The notes: generated by a model not told the origin, from the sequence alone. A DNA stretch of 64,000 bases from an uncultured virus (IMG/VR IMGVR_UViG_3300010346_001238) (IMGVR_UViG_3300010346_001238), one strand, 5' to 3'. Numbered from the stretch's first letter, positions 51,814 to 60,270 are shown. Translations and numbers: made by a program.

Positions 51814-51884
51814 CGTTCAATTAGTGTAATGGATAGCACCCCGGCCCTAATATGCCGGTAGAGCGGTTCGATTCCGCAGGACGA
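51814..51884 (+). pseudogene. pseudo-tRNA with 8-nt anticodon loop
   Basis: D and T arms present, ccggc-CCTAATAT-gccgg, broken acceptor, no CCA. Confidence 0.6.
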
Positions 51885-52022
51885 AGTAGTAAGTTATTTA
51901 TTAAGACCCTGATAGACGGTGTGTACAGCCGGAACGACGTGAAATCCAGTAATAACAATTTTAGATGCTAACAGCAATATTCTAATCTATATTATGATAG
52001 ACTCAAAAATGCATCTAGTTTC

Positions 52023-52101
52023 CAGCGTGTCGCCTAGCCTGGCAATGGCACTTGTTTCGGGGACAAGCATAACGTGGGTTCGAATCCCACCACGCTGACC
52101 A
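52023..52101 (+). tRNA. tRNA-Pro(CGG)
   Basis: Cloverleaf, CCA. Confidence 0.9.
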
Positions 52102-52106
52102 CTTTT

Positions 52107-52187
52107 GGAGGCGAGGGCAAAGTAGTCGAGCCGCAACCCTGTCACGGTTGAGAATTTTAGCGGGTGCGAGTCCCGTCGTCTCCGCCA
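52107..52187 (+). tRNA. tRNA-Asp(GTC)
   Basis: Cloverleaf, G73-CCA. Confidence 0.88.
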
Positions 52188-52189
52188 AT

Positions 52190-52263
52190 GGCCCATTAAG
52201 TAAATGGCATACTATCCTCCTGATAAGGGGAAATCCCTGGTTCGATTCCAGGATGGGCTACCA
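52190..52263 (+). tRNA. tRNA-Ile(GAT)
   Basis: Cloverleaf, CCA. Confidence 0.9.
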
Positions 52264-52270
52264 ATTTTAC

Positions 52271-52345
52271 GCTGCGCTGGTGAAATGAATATCACACAAC
52301 CCTGCGAAGGTTGAGTTCCGGGTTTGATTCCCGGGTGCAGTACCA
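52271..52345 (+). tRNA. tRNA-Arg(GCG)
   Basis: caacc-CTGCGAA-ggttg, CCA. Confidence 0.88.
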
Positions 52346-52350
52346 TATTC

Positions 52351-52427
52351 GCTCCCATAGACCAATTGGAAGAGTCAACAGACTTAAAATCTGTGTGTTG
52401 CGGGTTCGAATCCCGCTGGGAGTACCA
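52351..52427 (+). tRNA. tRNA-Leu(TAA), short variable loop
   Basis: Cloverleaf, CCA. Confidence 0.9.
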
Positions 52428-52431
52428 ATTT

Positions 52432-52518
52432 GGGCGTGTCGCATAGTGGCAATTGCAGGAGACTGTAAATCTCCCGGCCTAACGGCCTTCGTAGGTTCGA
52501 GTCCTACCATGCCCACCA
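52432..52518 (+). tRNA. tRNA-Tyr(GTA)
   Basis: Cloverleaf with V-arm, CCA. Confidence 0.93.
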
Positions 52519-52561
52519 CTTTAATATATATTTTTATGTAAACGTTGAATATTTATATTAT

Positions 52562-52894
52562 ATGTTAATGAATGAGATTAAAGATTTAATTAAAGAAGAA
52601 TTGATACAATATATCATTAAAGAATCAAAGATGGAATTGAATCATCTTAAAAATAACATTTCGAATTCGACTATAACTGGAAAATCGTGGAATAAGTTAA
52701 TTGATCAATTGGGAGATGTTATTAATGAAATTAAAGATTTTAATTCTCAATATTCCAGTCCCATACATGGGCCCTTGCCCAATACTTCTACGGCTCTATT
52801 AAAAGCAAAAGAAATAATTTCTATTTTACAAGAAATAAAACCAGTTATAATTGGAATGGATTCTATTGAACGAAAAGAAAATTCAATATATTAA
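52562..52894 (+). CDS. hypothetical protein
   Basis: IKDLIKEEL..IIKE N-terminus after TATTTAT. Confidence 0.7.
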   Translation: MLMNEIKDLIKEELIQYIIKESKMELNHLKNNISNSTITGKSWNKLIDQLGDVINEIKDFNSQYSSPIHGPLPNTSTALLKAKEIISILQEIKPVIIGMDSIERKENSIY

Positions 52895-52905
52895 AATAAT
52901 TTTAT

Positions 52906-52980
52906 TCCGGGGTAGATCAATGGTGGATCGTCTGACTGTTAATCAGAAGGTTGCAGGTTCAAGTCCTGCCCTCGGAGCCA
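52906..52980 (+). tRNA. tRNA-Asn(GTT)
   Basis: Cloverleaf, CCA. Confidence 0.93.
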
Positions 52981-53227
52981 ATTTTAAAACGTTATAAAAA
53001 GTTATGAAAAGTAAACTTAAAATGTTGCGATGGGTAAATTTTGTCAGTAAAGTTCTATCATTATCTTTTAAAAATAAGGAAATAATGGATTTAGATTCAA
53101 GATTGGATTCAATTGAGAATCGAGGAAAAGTCCCTTATTATGATTATTAGCATCCGTGAGGGATTTAATTCCCTCACGAGTTTTTATTAAAACCTATATA
53201 TTTATTATATAAAATGATTGATTTTAT

Positions 53228-53875
53228 ATGATAAAGTTAAAACAATTACTTAGGGAATTCCAAGAAAGGAAGGAATTATACCATGCAACTACTCGGAAAG
53301 CAGCAAATGGCATTATAAATAGAGGGACTGATATAAGTTTAGCAGGAAAACATTATGGTGGTGCGGGAAGAGATCAGGGATCGGGATTTTATTTTTTTAC
53401 AAATAAAGGCGATGCTATAAAACAAGCAGAAGATTTTGATGGAGAAGTTATTTTAGTATTTAATCAAAAAATTTCAGTTGAAGATTTTGATGTTGATTAT
53501 GAAGTTGAGGAGAAATCTTGTAAAAAGTTTTTATTAAAACATTTGGAATTTGTTAAAAAACATGCTGAAGCATTGGGGATAAAAGAAGTTCGTCCAAAAA
53601 ATCATTTTGCAGGACCAGTGCTTATATTAAGAGTACCCGATAATCCTCGGGCTATGAGGGCTATGAATTTGAGTGTAACGGGATCCATGAGTTCATATTA
53701 TGCAACCATCATATCAATTATGTTTCGAACTTTGGAAAGAATAAATAAAGGATTATTTTTAAAATTTAAAAAAGAATTTTTATTTGATGCTGTGGCTATT
53801 AAATACATTGGAGAAAAACCTTTATTTCCTATTAGAGTTGAAGATCTTAAAGGTAATATTATTTTAAGACTTTAA
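53228..53875 (+). CDS. putative ADP-ribosyltransferase-fold protein
   Basis: LYHATT...GSGFYFFT..DA pattern; MIKLKQLLRE start. Confidence 0.55.
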   Translation: MIKLKQLLREFQERKELYHATTRKAANGIINRGTDISLAGKHYGGAGRDQGSGFYFFTNKGDAIKQAEDFDGEVILVFNQKISVEDFDVDYEVEEKSCKKFLLKHLEFVKKHAEALGIKEVRPKNHFAGPVLILRVPDNPRAMRAMNLSVTGSMSSYYATIISIMFRTLERINKGLFLKFKKEFLFDAVAIKYIGEKPLFPIRVEDLKGNIILRL

Positions 53876-53882
53876 ATTTTTA

Positions 53883-53969
53883 GCATCCGTGGTGTAAATG
53901 GATAACACACTTGGCTTCGAACCAAGAGACGACTCGCTTGTGGGGGTTCAAATCCTCCCGGATGCACCA
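53883..53969 (+). tRNA. tRNA-Arg(TCG) with extended variable region
   Basis: cttgg-CTTCGAA-ccaag, CCA. Confidence 0.88.
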
Positions 53970-53971
53970 TT

Positions 53972-54049
53972 CCCGTCTGGGCAGGTGGGGTCATATTGCG
54001 CTAGTCTGAAGAACTAGAGAACTCCGTTCGACTCGGAGAGACGGGACCA
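53972..54049 (+). tRNA. tRNA-Phe(GAA)
   Basis: Cloverleaf, CCA. Confidence 0.85.
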
Positions 54050-54113
54050 ATTTCAAAATGTTACTTGACATTTATTTAAATCTTGGTATAATGTCTAGTA
54101 AAATTAAAGTAAT

Positions 54114-54338
54114 ATGAAGTTGACGTTGAAATTTCAAGACCAAGATTTTGAAACCTTGCGTAAATTTGATTCGGCGGTGAAACGCCAATTGGGACCCAAT
54201 GTTTATGTGGGGACAGATTATTTGTGTTTTTACTTTGATTTCCCCAAGAAACTTTCGGAGAGGCTTCGGCCTCATGCGCCAAAAGGCGAATTGGAAGTAA
54301 CTTTGGAATCTTCGGTTCCAGATGCAAGAAAGAATTAG
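54114..54338 (+). CDS. hypothetical protein
   Basis: ORF after TTGACA..TATAAT. Confidence 0.65.
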   Translation: MKLTLKFQDQDFETLRKFDSAVKRQLGPNVYVGTDYLCFYFDFPKKLSERLRPHAPKGELEVTLESSVPDARKN

Positions 54339-54344
54339 ATTTTG

Positions 54345-54710
54345 TGAGGGGTAAGTTGTCTAACCCCGAACGGTGACAACAAAGCATGTGAGACATGCTG
54401 CTATGGTGGATAAAGAAATGGACATCCTAGAGGCACCACCCCGTATAGGATATGATGGGTAGTTTTGTTCCGGAAAGGGACATATTGCGCAAACCGCATT
54501 TTCTTTCCCCATCCAGAGAAATGCGGGTATTAATTTATCTCAATGAATTGTATAAGTAATAATATTGCTTTACGGGTTGAGAAGGTTATATAAACAACAC
54601 ACCACAATAACGGGTTCGAAACCGGACGATAATGTGTTGGGTGAGAGCATGGAATCTTACTTATAATCCCAATTTCCATGAATTGAGAAGCAATTGCTTA
54701 TCTCAACCCT
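54345..54710 (+). ncRNA. large multi-pseudoknot RNA, unidentified
   Basis: More than 12 complementary segment pairs; no credible + strand ORF. Confidence 0.65.
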
Positions 54711-54712
54711 TT

Positions 54713-54790
54713 CAGCGTGTCGCCTAGCCCGGCATGGCACTTGCATGGGGTGCAAGAATAACGTGGGTTCGAATCCCACCACGCTGACCA
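54713..54790 (+). tRNA. tRNA-Pro(GGG)
   Basis: Cloverleaf, CCA; near-copy of Pro(CGG). Confidence 0.9.
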
Positions 54791-54913
54791 ATCTCAACAA
54801 CTATTAAATAGTGCCAATTGAAGCGACACGAAGTAGAAAGGAAAAGTTGATAGTTGGAAGTTATATTGGCAAAGCCTGAAAGGTGTCATTCTACGTTCTT
54901 TGTCAATATAATT

Positions 54914-54990
54914 GGCACCGTGGCCCAACAGGAAGAGGCGGCTGACTTAGGATCAGTAGGTTGGGGGTTCGAATCCCTCCGGTGCTACCA
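54914..54990 (+). tRNA. tRNA-Leu(TAG), short variable loop
   Basis: Cloverleaf, CCA. Confidence 0.88.
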
Positions 54991-55020
54991 CTTTATAAAT
55001 ACTCAAATGAAAGATTAAAA

Positions 55021-55515
55021 ATGATAACTAAAGTTATAGCTGATGTATTAAAATACCCATGTAATGCAATATGCCATCAGGCAAATTGTTTTCATACAAT
55101 GGGTTCGGGGGTAGCCCTTCAAATTAAGAAAAAATATCCCGAGGCTTATGAAGCCGATATTAAACATGGAAAAAAGGGAGATCGATTAAGATTAGGAAGT
55201 ATGTCGGTAGCCCAAGCTAAAGATGGAAAATATATTTATAATGTATATGGCCAATATGAATATGGAACCCATAAAAGACAAACTAATTATGAAGCTTTAT
55301 ATACTGGATTAGAATTAGTTAAATCTCATGCTTTGGATCACGATATAAAAGATTTAGCCGTACCTTATTATATGAGCAGTGCTTTGGCCGGAGGAAATTG
55401 GATAATAGTAGAATCAATGTTTCGTGCTTTATTTGAATATTCTACTATTAACATAATAGTTTGTGAATATAGACCTATGCATTATTGGTCTGCTGATGAA
55501 ATGAAGAAAAATTAA
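55021..55515 (+). CDS. macrodomain (ADP-ribose hydrolase-like) protein
   Basis: HQANCFHTMGSGVA..IK.KYP, NVYGQ, P..SSALAGGNW. Confidence 0.85.
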   Translation: MITKVIADVLKYPCNAICHQANCFHTMGSGVALQIKKKYPEAYEADIKHGKKGDRLRLGSMSVAQAKDGKYIYNVYGQYEYGTHKRQTNYEALYTGLELVKSHALDHDIKDLAVPYYMSSALAGGNWIIVESMFRALFEYSTINIIVCEYRPMHYWSADEMKKN

Positions 55516-55520
55516 ATAAC

Positions 55521-55595
55521 GGCCCTATCGTCTAATAGAAGGATATATGCCTTTCAAGCATAAGATCGTGAGTGCGATACTCCGTAGGGCTGCCA
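55521..55595 (+). tRNA. tRNA-Glu(TTC)
   Basis: CTTTCAA loop, atypical T-arm, CCA. Confidence 0.8.
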
Positions 55596-55599
55596 CTTT

Positions 55600-55965
55600 A
55601 TGCGAAAATGGATTAAACAAAAACAAGGTACAAAAAATTGTGGGGCGATAGCTATTGCCGTTATTGCGAAGGTTTCCTTGAAAAAAGCCATTGAAGCGTG
55701 CGGTACAGAAGGGCCAATGAATACTAAAGATTTAGTTAGAGGTATTCGTAAATTGGGTTATACTTGTCCGGATCATTGTAAAAGAAAACGTCCAGAATTA
55801 GGAATTGGTCATCTTACATATACTGCTAATAAGAAAAATCGAAGACATTGGGTAGCTATTGATGGAAACAAAATATATGATGGGTTTCATGGAAAACCTG
55901 ATGGTACTGTAGATTGGAATAAAGAATGGAAATTAACTTCGTATTTACCTGTGAAAAAAATTTAA
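55600..55965 (+). CDS. peptidase C39-like protein
   Basis: Q....NCG.....HWV.....IYD. Confidence 0.7.
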   Translation: MRKWIKQKQGTKNCGAIAIAVIAKVSLKKAIEACGTEGPMNTKDLVRGIRKLGYTCPDHCKRKRPELGIGHLTYTANKKNRRHWVAIDGNKIYDGFHGKPDGTVDWNKEWKLTSYLPVKKI

Positions 55966-56041
55966 GGGCGGCTGGTGAAATCGAAAATCATGCAAGTCTT
56001 CTAAACTTGAGTTCCCGGTTTGAATCCGGGGCTGCCTGCCA
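55966..56041 (+). tRNA. tRNA-Arg(TCT)
   Basis: Cloverleaf, CCA. Confidence 0.88.
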
Positions 56042-56064
56042 TATATAATAAAATTAATTTTAAT

Positions 56065-56588
56065 ATGAACAAATTTCCATTATTAGATTTAGAAATAAGA
56101 AAATTTTTAGAAAATGTCATTGAAAAAGGACCCAGGCCCTTTAATATATTTGAATATGGTTCGGGAGGTTCTACGATTTGGTATGGTAAAAAAATATAGG
56201 CAAAATTATATCGTTGGAACATGATATAGAATGGTATAATGAAGTAAAAAAAGAAATTATAAATCTTCCAGTAGAATTATATTATCGTCCACCAATTAAA
56301 TCTAAAATTATAACTCATAGTTCTGTACTTCCAAATAATGATTTTAGTTCATATATTAATTTTATATCGGAACTTGATAAAAAATATAATTTGATAATTG
56401 TAGATGGTCGGGCGAGGGTTTTATGTTTTCAAAAGTCATTAAAATATGTAAATTTGGGAGGACATATTATATTGCATGATTCTGAACGAGAAGAATATAG
56501 TATATGTTGGAAAATGGCTACAAGAAATAGATTTAAAATTTGGGAAATTTTAGAAAAAAGAAATACGTTGATTTGTCAAAAGTATTAA
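56065..56588 (+). CDS. class I SAM methyltransferase, frameshifted at A7 (56188-56194)
   Basis: FEYGSGGST in one frame; ISLEHD..IIVDGRAR..ILHDS in another; A8 restores the frame. Confidence 0.75.
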
Positions 56589-56591
56589 TAT

Positions 56592-56667
56592 GCTCTCATA
56601 GCTTAAATGGAAAAGTGCCACGGTCCTAACGTGGAAGATATAGGTTCAAGTCCTATTGAGAGTACCA
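56592..56667 (+). tRNA. tRNA-Arg(CCT)
   Basis: Cloverleaf, CCA. Confidence 0.88.
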
Positions 56668-56668
56668 T

Positions 56669-56742
56669 TCCCGTTTAGTGTAACGGTAGCATAACAGGCT
56701 TTGAACCTGTCGGTCCACGTTCGAATCGTGGAGCGGGAGCCA
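56669..56742 (+). tRNA. tRNA-Gln(TTG)
   Basis: Cloverleaf, CCA. Confidence 0.9.
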
Positions 56743-56874
56743 TTTTAAAATAAATAATATTTTATATATGACATAATATATATAAAAGAAGACCAAGTGG
56801 TTTTCGATATTTACGCCTTGAGTGAGGGTAAATATTTTAATTGACTAAATGTAATTAAAAAAGAAAGGAAATAT

Positions 56875-57345
56875 ATGTTACCAGTAAAATTTAGATTATT
56901 TGACTCTCCATTTGTTGATCGAGATGAATTTCTCACTCCATTTTCAACTATGTTTGATACCTTATATAATGACATGTTTAAAGACTTTAATAAGGATTTT
57001 TTTGAAAAGGGTACTTATCCAAAAGTTGATGTGCGGGATGAATCGGATTGTATAATTATAGAAGCCGAGGTTCCTGGATTAACAAAAGATCAAATTAAAG
57101 TGGAAATAGATGGAACATCTCTACGTATTAAAGGTGAAAAAAAGAAAGTTGATGAAACAAAATCCAAAACGTATTTACATAAAGAATTAAAACATTCTGC
57201 GTTTTGTCGTTCTTTTACAATTGGAAAGAATATCAAAATGGAAGATATTTCTTCCAAATTTGAAAATGGAGTTCTCGAAATTGTTTTGCCAAAAATTAAA
57301 CCGGAAGGAAAGCCGAAAACGGTAAGACAAATTGAAATTAAGTAA
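56875..57345 (+). CDS. Hsp20 small heat-shock protein
   Basis: YPKVDV..EAEVPG..F.RSF..FENGVLEI.LPK. Confidence 0.92.
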   Translation: MLPVKFRLFDSPFVDRDEFLTPFSTMFDTLYNDMFKDFNKDFFEKGTYPKVDVRDESDCIIIEAEVPGLTKDQIKVEIDGTSLRIKGEKKKVDETKSKTYLHKELKHSAFCRSFTIGKNIKMEDISSKFENGVLEIVLPKIKPEGKPKTVRQIEIK

Positions 57346-57394
57346 TACTTGACAAATCTTCAAGTATCTGCTACACTGTGGCCGATACTTGATT

Positions 57395-57482
57395 GGTGGG
57401 TTGGCAGAGCGGACGAATGCATCCGACTTGAAATCGGAAGTGGGCAACACCACCGGAGGTTCGAATCCTTCACCCACCGCCA
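57395..57482 (+). tRNA. tRNA-Ser(TGA)
   Basis: Cloverleaf with V-arm, CCA. Confidence 0.93.
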
Positions 57483-57484
57483 AT

Positions 57485-57559
57485 GCAAGATTAGCTCAGT
57501 GGAAGAGCACCTCGCTTACACCGAGGGGGTCGAAGGTTCAAATCCTTCATCTTGCACCA
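57485..57559 (+). tRNA. tRNA-Val(TAC)
   Basis: Cloverleaf, CCA. Confidence 0.93.
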
Positions 57560-57564
57560 TTTTT

Positions 57565-57652
57565 GGAGGGGTGCTAGAGTGGTAATAGGCCGGACTGCTA
57601 ATCCGGTGCCCCGGTTAAACGGGCGGGAGTTCGATCCTCCCCCCCTCCGCCA
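57565..57652 (+). tRNA. tRNA-Ser(GCT)
   Basis: Cloverleaf with V-arm, CCA. Confidence 0.9.
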
Positions 57653-57668
57653 TATGTAACATATAACT

Positions 57669-57947
57669 ATGATAAACTGCCCAAGATGTGGTAAGAAGAA
57701 ATATGGGTATCATACCTTAGATTATTCTATGCGCCGGGCAGGTTGTTATGCGTGTGGATATGGATTTGAACATGACAAATCTCAACATTTTGAGTGCCAA
57801 GGGAAAACTCAATATGCATCAAAAAATAAAGCGATGACCGAAATTCATCGCATAATTGAAGATTCATGTGGGGGAGAAGGAAAAGAACTACGGCCATATA
57901 AATGTAAATATTGTAATTATTGGCACTTAACTTCTAAAAAAATATGA
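57669..57947 (+). CDS. Zn-finger protein
   Basis: CPRC, CYAC, LRPYKCKYCNYWHLT. Confidence 0.7.
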   Translation: MINCPRCGKKKYGYHTLDYSMRRAGCYACGYGFEHDKSQHFECQGKTQYASKNKAMTEIHRIIEDSCGGEGKELRPYKCKYCNYWHLTSKKI

Positions 57948-58129
57948 TTATAAAAATACTTGTTTATATATTGCTCGGATTAATTTGGTCTTTACTTTTT
58001 TCAGTAATAGATCCCAAAAGATATATGCATATAATGGAATCAAGATTATATTTAATTTTAAATATTTTAATATGGCCATTAAGTATAATACTTCTTTTAA
58101 TTATTTATTTTAATGAAATGGGAAATTAG
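57944..58129 (+). CDS. small membrane protein
   Basis: Two hydrophobic segments; 3' end overlaps tRNA-Val. Confidence 0.6.
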   Translation: MIIKILVYILLGLIWSLLFSVIDPKRYMHIMESRLYLILNILIWPLSIILLLIIYFNEMGN

Positions 58130-58193
58130 GCTAGTGGTAAACTGCAAGAATGACACTCTTGATTCAATGGTTCGATTCCATTATTTCCCACCA
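58120..58193 (+). tRNA. tRNA-Val(GAC)
   Basis: Cloverleaf, CCA. Confidence 0.87.
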
Positions 58194-58220
58194 AGTTTGG
58201 AAAAATTAAATACTATTTAT

Positions 58221-58456
58221 CTTTGGTGCGGGAAGAAAACCCGCCTGCTTTAGCGGGTGGGATGAATGCCCGTTAATATAATAATGATTTTGGAATGATT
58301 CCAAAATATGTATATTTTGACTTTCCAGTTCAATAAGAACTGGGGAACGGCGGGAACCGCCGTCTAAGCCAACTGCCTTGACGTAAGACAAATTCCTAGC
58401 GGAATTTGCAGTTGATTGGGTTGGAAACCCATTCGCTTTAGCGGATGGGTAGTTCA
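58221..58456 (+). mobile_element. non-autonomous IS200/IS605-derived element, copy 2
   Basis: Near-identical to 41772-42005; also follows TTTAT. Confidence 0.85.
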
Positions 58457-58465
58457 TGAAATGTT

Positions 58466-58720
58466 ATGAGCAAATTAAATGGATTTCGAAAAAAATTAAA
58501 ATTAGATCGGGTATTGATTGCCGAGCAGGTTGCGCATGAAAAAACAATTAAAGAGGGAAAAAGTATAATAAAGGAATGTTGTGAAAAAGACGCCGAATTC
58601 GCTCGAAAAATTTCTGAAATTACTGGAGAAAATTGCACGGAAGAAACCAAAAACCCGAATCTCCAAGCCTCGTTCACGGAACAAAATGAAGAATCTCAGT
58701 CCAAAGAAAAAGAAACCTAA
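58466..58720 (+). CDS. hypothetical protein
   Basis: ORF only. Confidence 0.6.
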   Translation: MSKLNGFRKKLKLDRVLIAEQVAHEKTIKEGKSIIKECCEKDAEFARKISEITGENCTEETKNPNLQASFTEQNEESQSKEKET

Positions 58721-58728
58721 TAAGAAGT

Positions 58729-58805
58729 CAGGGTGTAGCACAGCCCGGTAGTGCGCTTGCCTTGGGCGCAAGAGGTCGGGAGTTCGAATCTCCCCACCCT
58801 GACCA
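58729..58805 (+). tRNA. tRNA-Pro(TGG)
   Basis: Cloverleaf, CCA. Confidence 0.93.
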
Positions 58806-58812
58806 TTAAATT

Positions 58813-59286
58813 ATGAATAGAGAAGAAAAATTAAAAAAAATTATTGATCAATTAAAAGAAGATGGAATAAATATTGAACCTTCTTTAAAAATTGAAGAAG
58901 TGAATATTGAAAAACCAATAAAAATAGACGTAAATATTAATGCGTTATGTATTTCTTTTGTAGTTATTAGTGGTTATATGGAAGAATTAAAAAAATCTGG
59001 AATTATAGATGAACAATTTACTACAATTCATGATTCTGGCAAAAAAATTATTTCGGTGAGTGAAAAATTTAATTGGACTCCTACCGATGAAGAAATTAAA
59101 GCTTTTATTTTAGGAGTTTTGGAAGAAAGTGTACCCGAAAAACAAATTTTTTATTTATGTACTCTTAAACAATATAGAGATGATAAAGAAGGATTATTAA
59201 AAAAGTTTAAAAAAGAAGAGATTCGAGAAATAGAAAATACTGATAAACAATGCTGCTGTGGTGGAATGGCAGACACGCAAGTTTGA
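58813..59286 (+). CDS. hypothetical protein reading into tRNA-Leu
   Basis: ORF; last 35 nt lie inside the tRNA. Confidence 0.65.
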   Translation: MNREEKLKKIIDQLKEDGINIEPSLKIEEVNIEKPIKIDVNINALCISFVVISGYMEELKKSGIIDEQFTTIHDSGKKIISVSEKFNWTPTDEEIKAFILGVLEESVPEKQIFYLCTLKQYRDDKEGLLKKFKKEEIREIENTDKQCCCGGMADTQV

Positions 59287-59337
59287 GGTACTTGTGCTTT
59301 TAAGAGCTTGGAGGTTCGAGTCCTCTCAGCAGCACCA
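59252..59337 (+). tRNA. tRNA-Leu(GAG)
   Basis: Cloverleaf with V-arm, CCA. Confidence 0.92.
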
Positions 59338-59351
59338 ATAAAAAGGATATT

Positions 59352-59798
59352 ATGATAAAAATAATTACTTCAATGTTAGAAGATAATAGTGGAGGTATTT
59401 CTACTATTAGAGTATGTTTATTGTTGTGGTTAATAATTCTGGGGTTTAATATGACTTATGGAACTATTACCGAAAAACCATTCCCTATTACAGGAGAATT
59501 AGTTGCTTTAACATCATGTGTATTTGGAGCAAAAGCAATTCAAAGATTTGGTGAGAAAGGTGAAGAAGAAGCGGCGATTGCGTCAAATAATTTAAATACG
59601 GGGGACGTTAGAATATCGCAACTTCCTCTAACTGTGAGTGTGCAAGGATCGGTTCCAGTGAGTGGAATGGTGCCAATTTCGGCCAATCCTTCGGTGCCAA
59701 CTGTAATTCCAATGACTCCAGTTGTACCTGAGCCGCAACCAGTTCCAAATCCTCGGGAACCCGAGCCGTGGGGTCCCGGACAAGTAGCTGCGCCTTAA
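59352..59798 (+). CDS. two-TM membrane protein with Pro-rich tail, possibly holin-like
   Basis: S..R TM1, TM2 ..GAK..QRFGE. Confidence 0.6.
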   Translation: MIKIITSMLEDNSGGISTIRVCLLLWLIILGFNMTYGTITEKPFPITGELVALTSCVFGAKAIQRFGEKGEEEAAIASNNLNTGDVRISQLPLTVSVQGSVPVSGMVPISANPSVPTVIPMTPVVPEPQPVPNPREPEPWGPGQVAAP

Positions 59799-59850
59799 AC
59801 TTGACATTTAAAACTAATGTGATATAATTTTACATGATCTTTGAAAATTA

Positions 59851-60086
59851 TTTAGGCGACTTAGACGCTGAATATGGTTAAGCCCATATTTAGAGGAAGT
59901 TCGATACTACCAAACCTAATGTGGGAGAAAATATTTCATTGACCACAGAAGTAGCAATCCTAAATGTCCGAGGGTGTCGGTTTCCCATTGACGACTGGTT
60001 GGAGCAGCAACTATTAGCACGTTGCCACAATTTTTATTGTGAGATAAATGTCTAAGATAATACAGAATATCGGCTATTTGCCTAAA
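59851..60086 (+). ncRNA. rnpB: RNase P RNA, very compact (~236 nt)
   Basis: P1 tttaggcga/ttgcctaaa; P2 cttagac/gtctaag; P3 hairpin; GAGGAAGTTCGATAC and ACAGAATATCGGCTA form P4; AGATAAATG; CCACAGAA. Confidence 0.8.
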
Positions 60087-60092
60087 GAATTT

Positions 60093-60180
60093 CGGATAGA
60101 CGCCCATAAGGTAGGTGCCGAAAGGGCTGCGTAGGTGACGCTAAAACAACAATGTCGTTTCGTTGTTCACCGTCTATCCG
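60093..60180 (+). ncRNA. unidentified small structured RNA
   Basis: 10-bp closing stem cggatagacg/cgtctatccg, GAAA tetraloop. Confidence 0.5.
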
Positions 60181-60194
60181 TCAATTTAATAGAT

Positions 60195-60270
60195 GGGGTT
60201 ATCGTTCAATTTAGTAGGATAGGAAATTCGCAATTTTCAGATCTGTGTGCAATTCACAGTAACTCCACCA
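60195..60270 (+). tRNA. tRNA-Ala(CGC)
   Basis: G3:U70, TTCGCAA loop, CCA. Confidence 0.85.

Noticed and set aside
41824..58457. Near-identical ORFs MNYPSAKANG... at 41824-42006 and 58206-58457
   Set aside because: Antisense readings of the IS-derived element, not transposases
60105..60135. SRP (4.5S) RNA
   Set aside because: GNRA hairpin present but no conserved CAGG/AGCA internal loop
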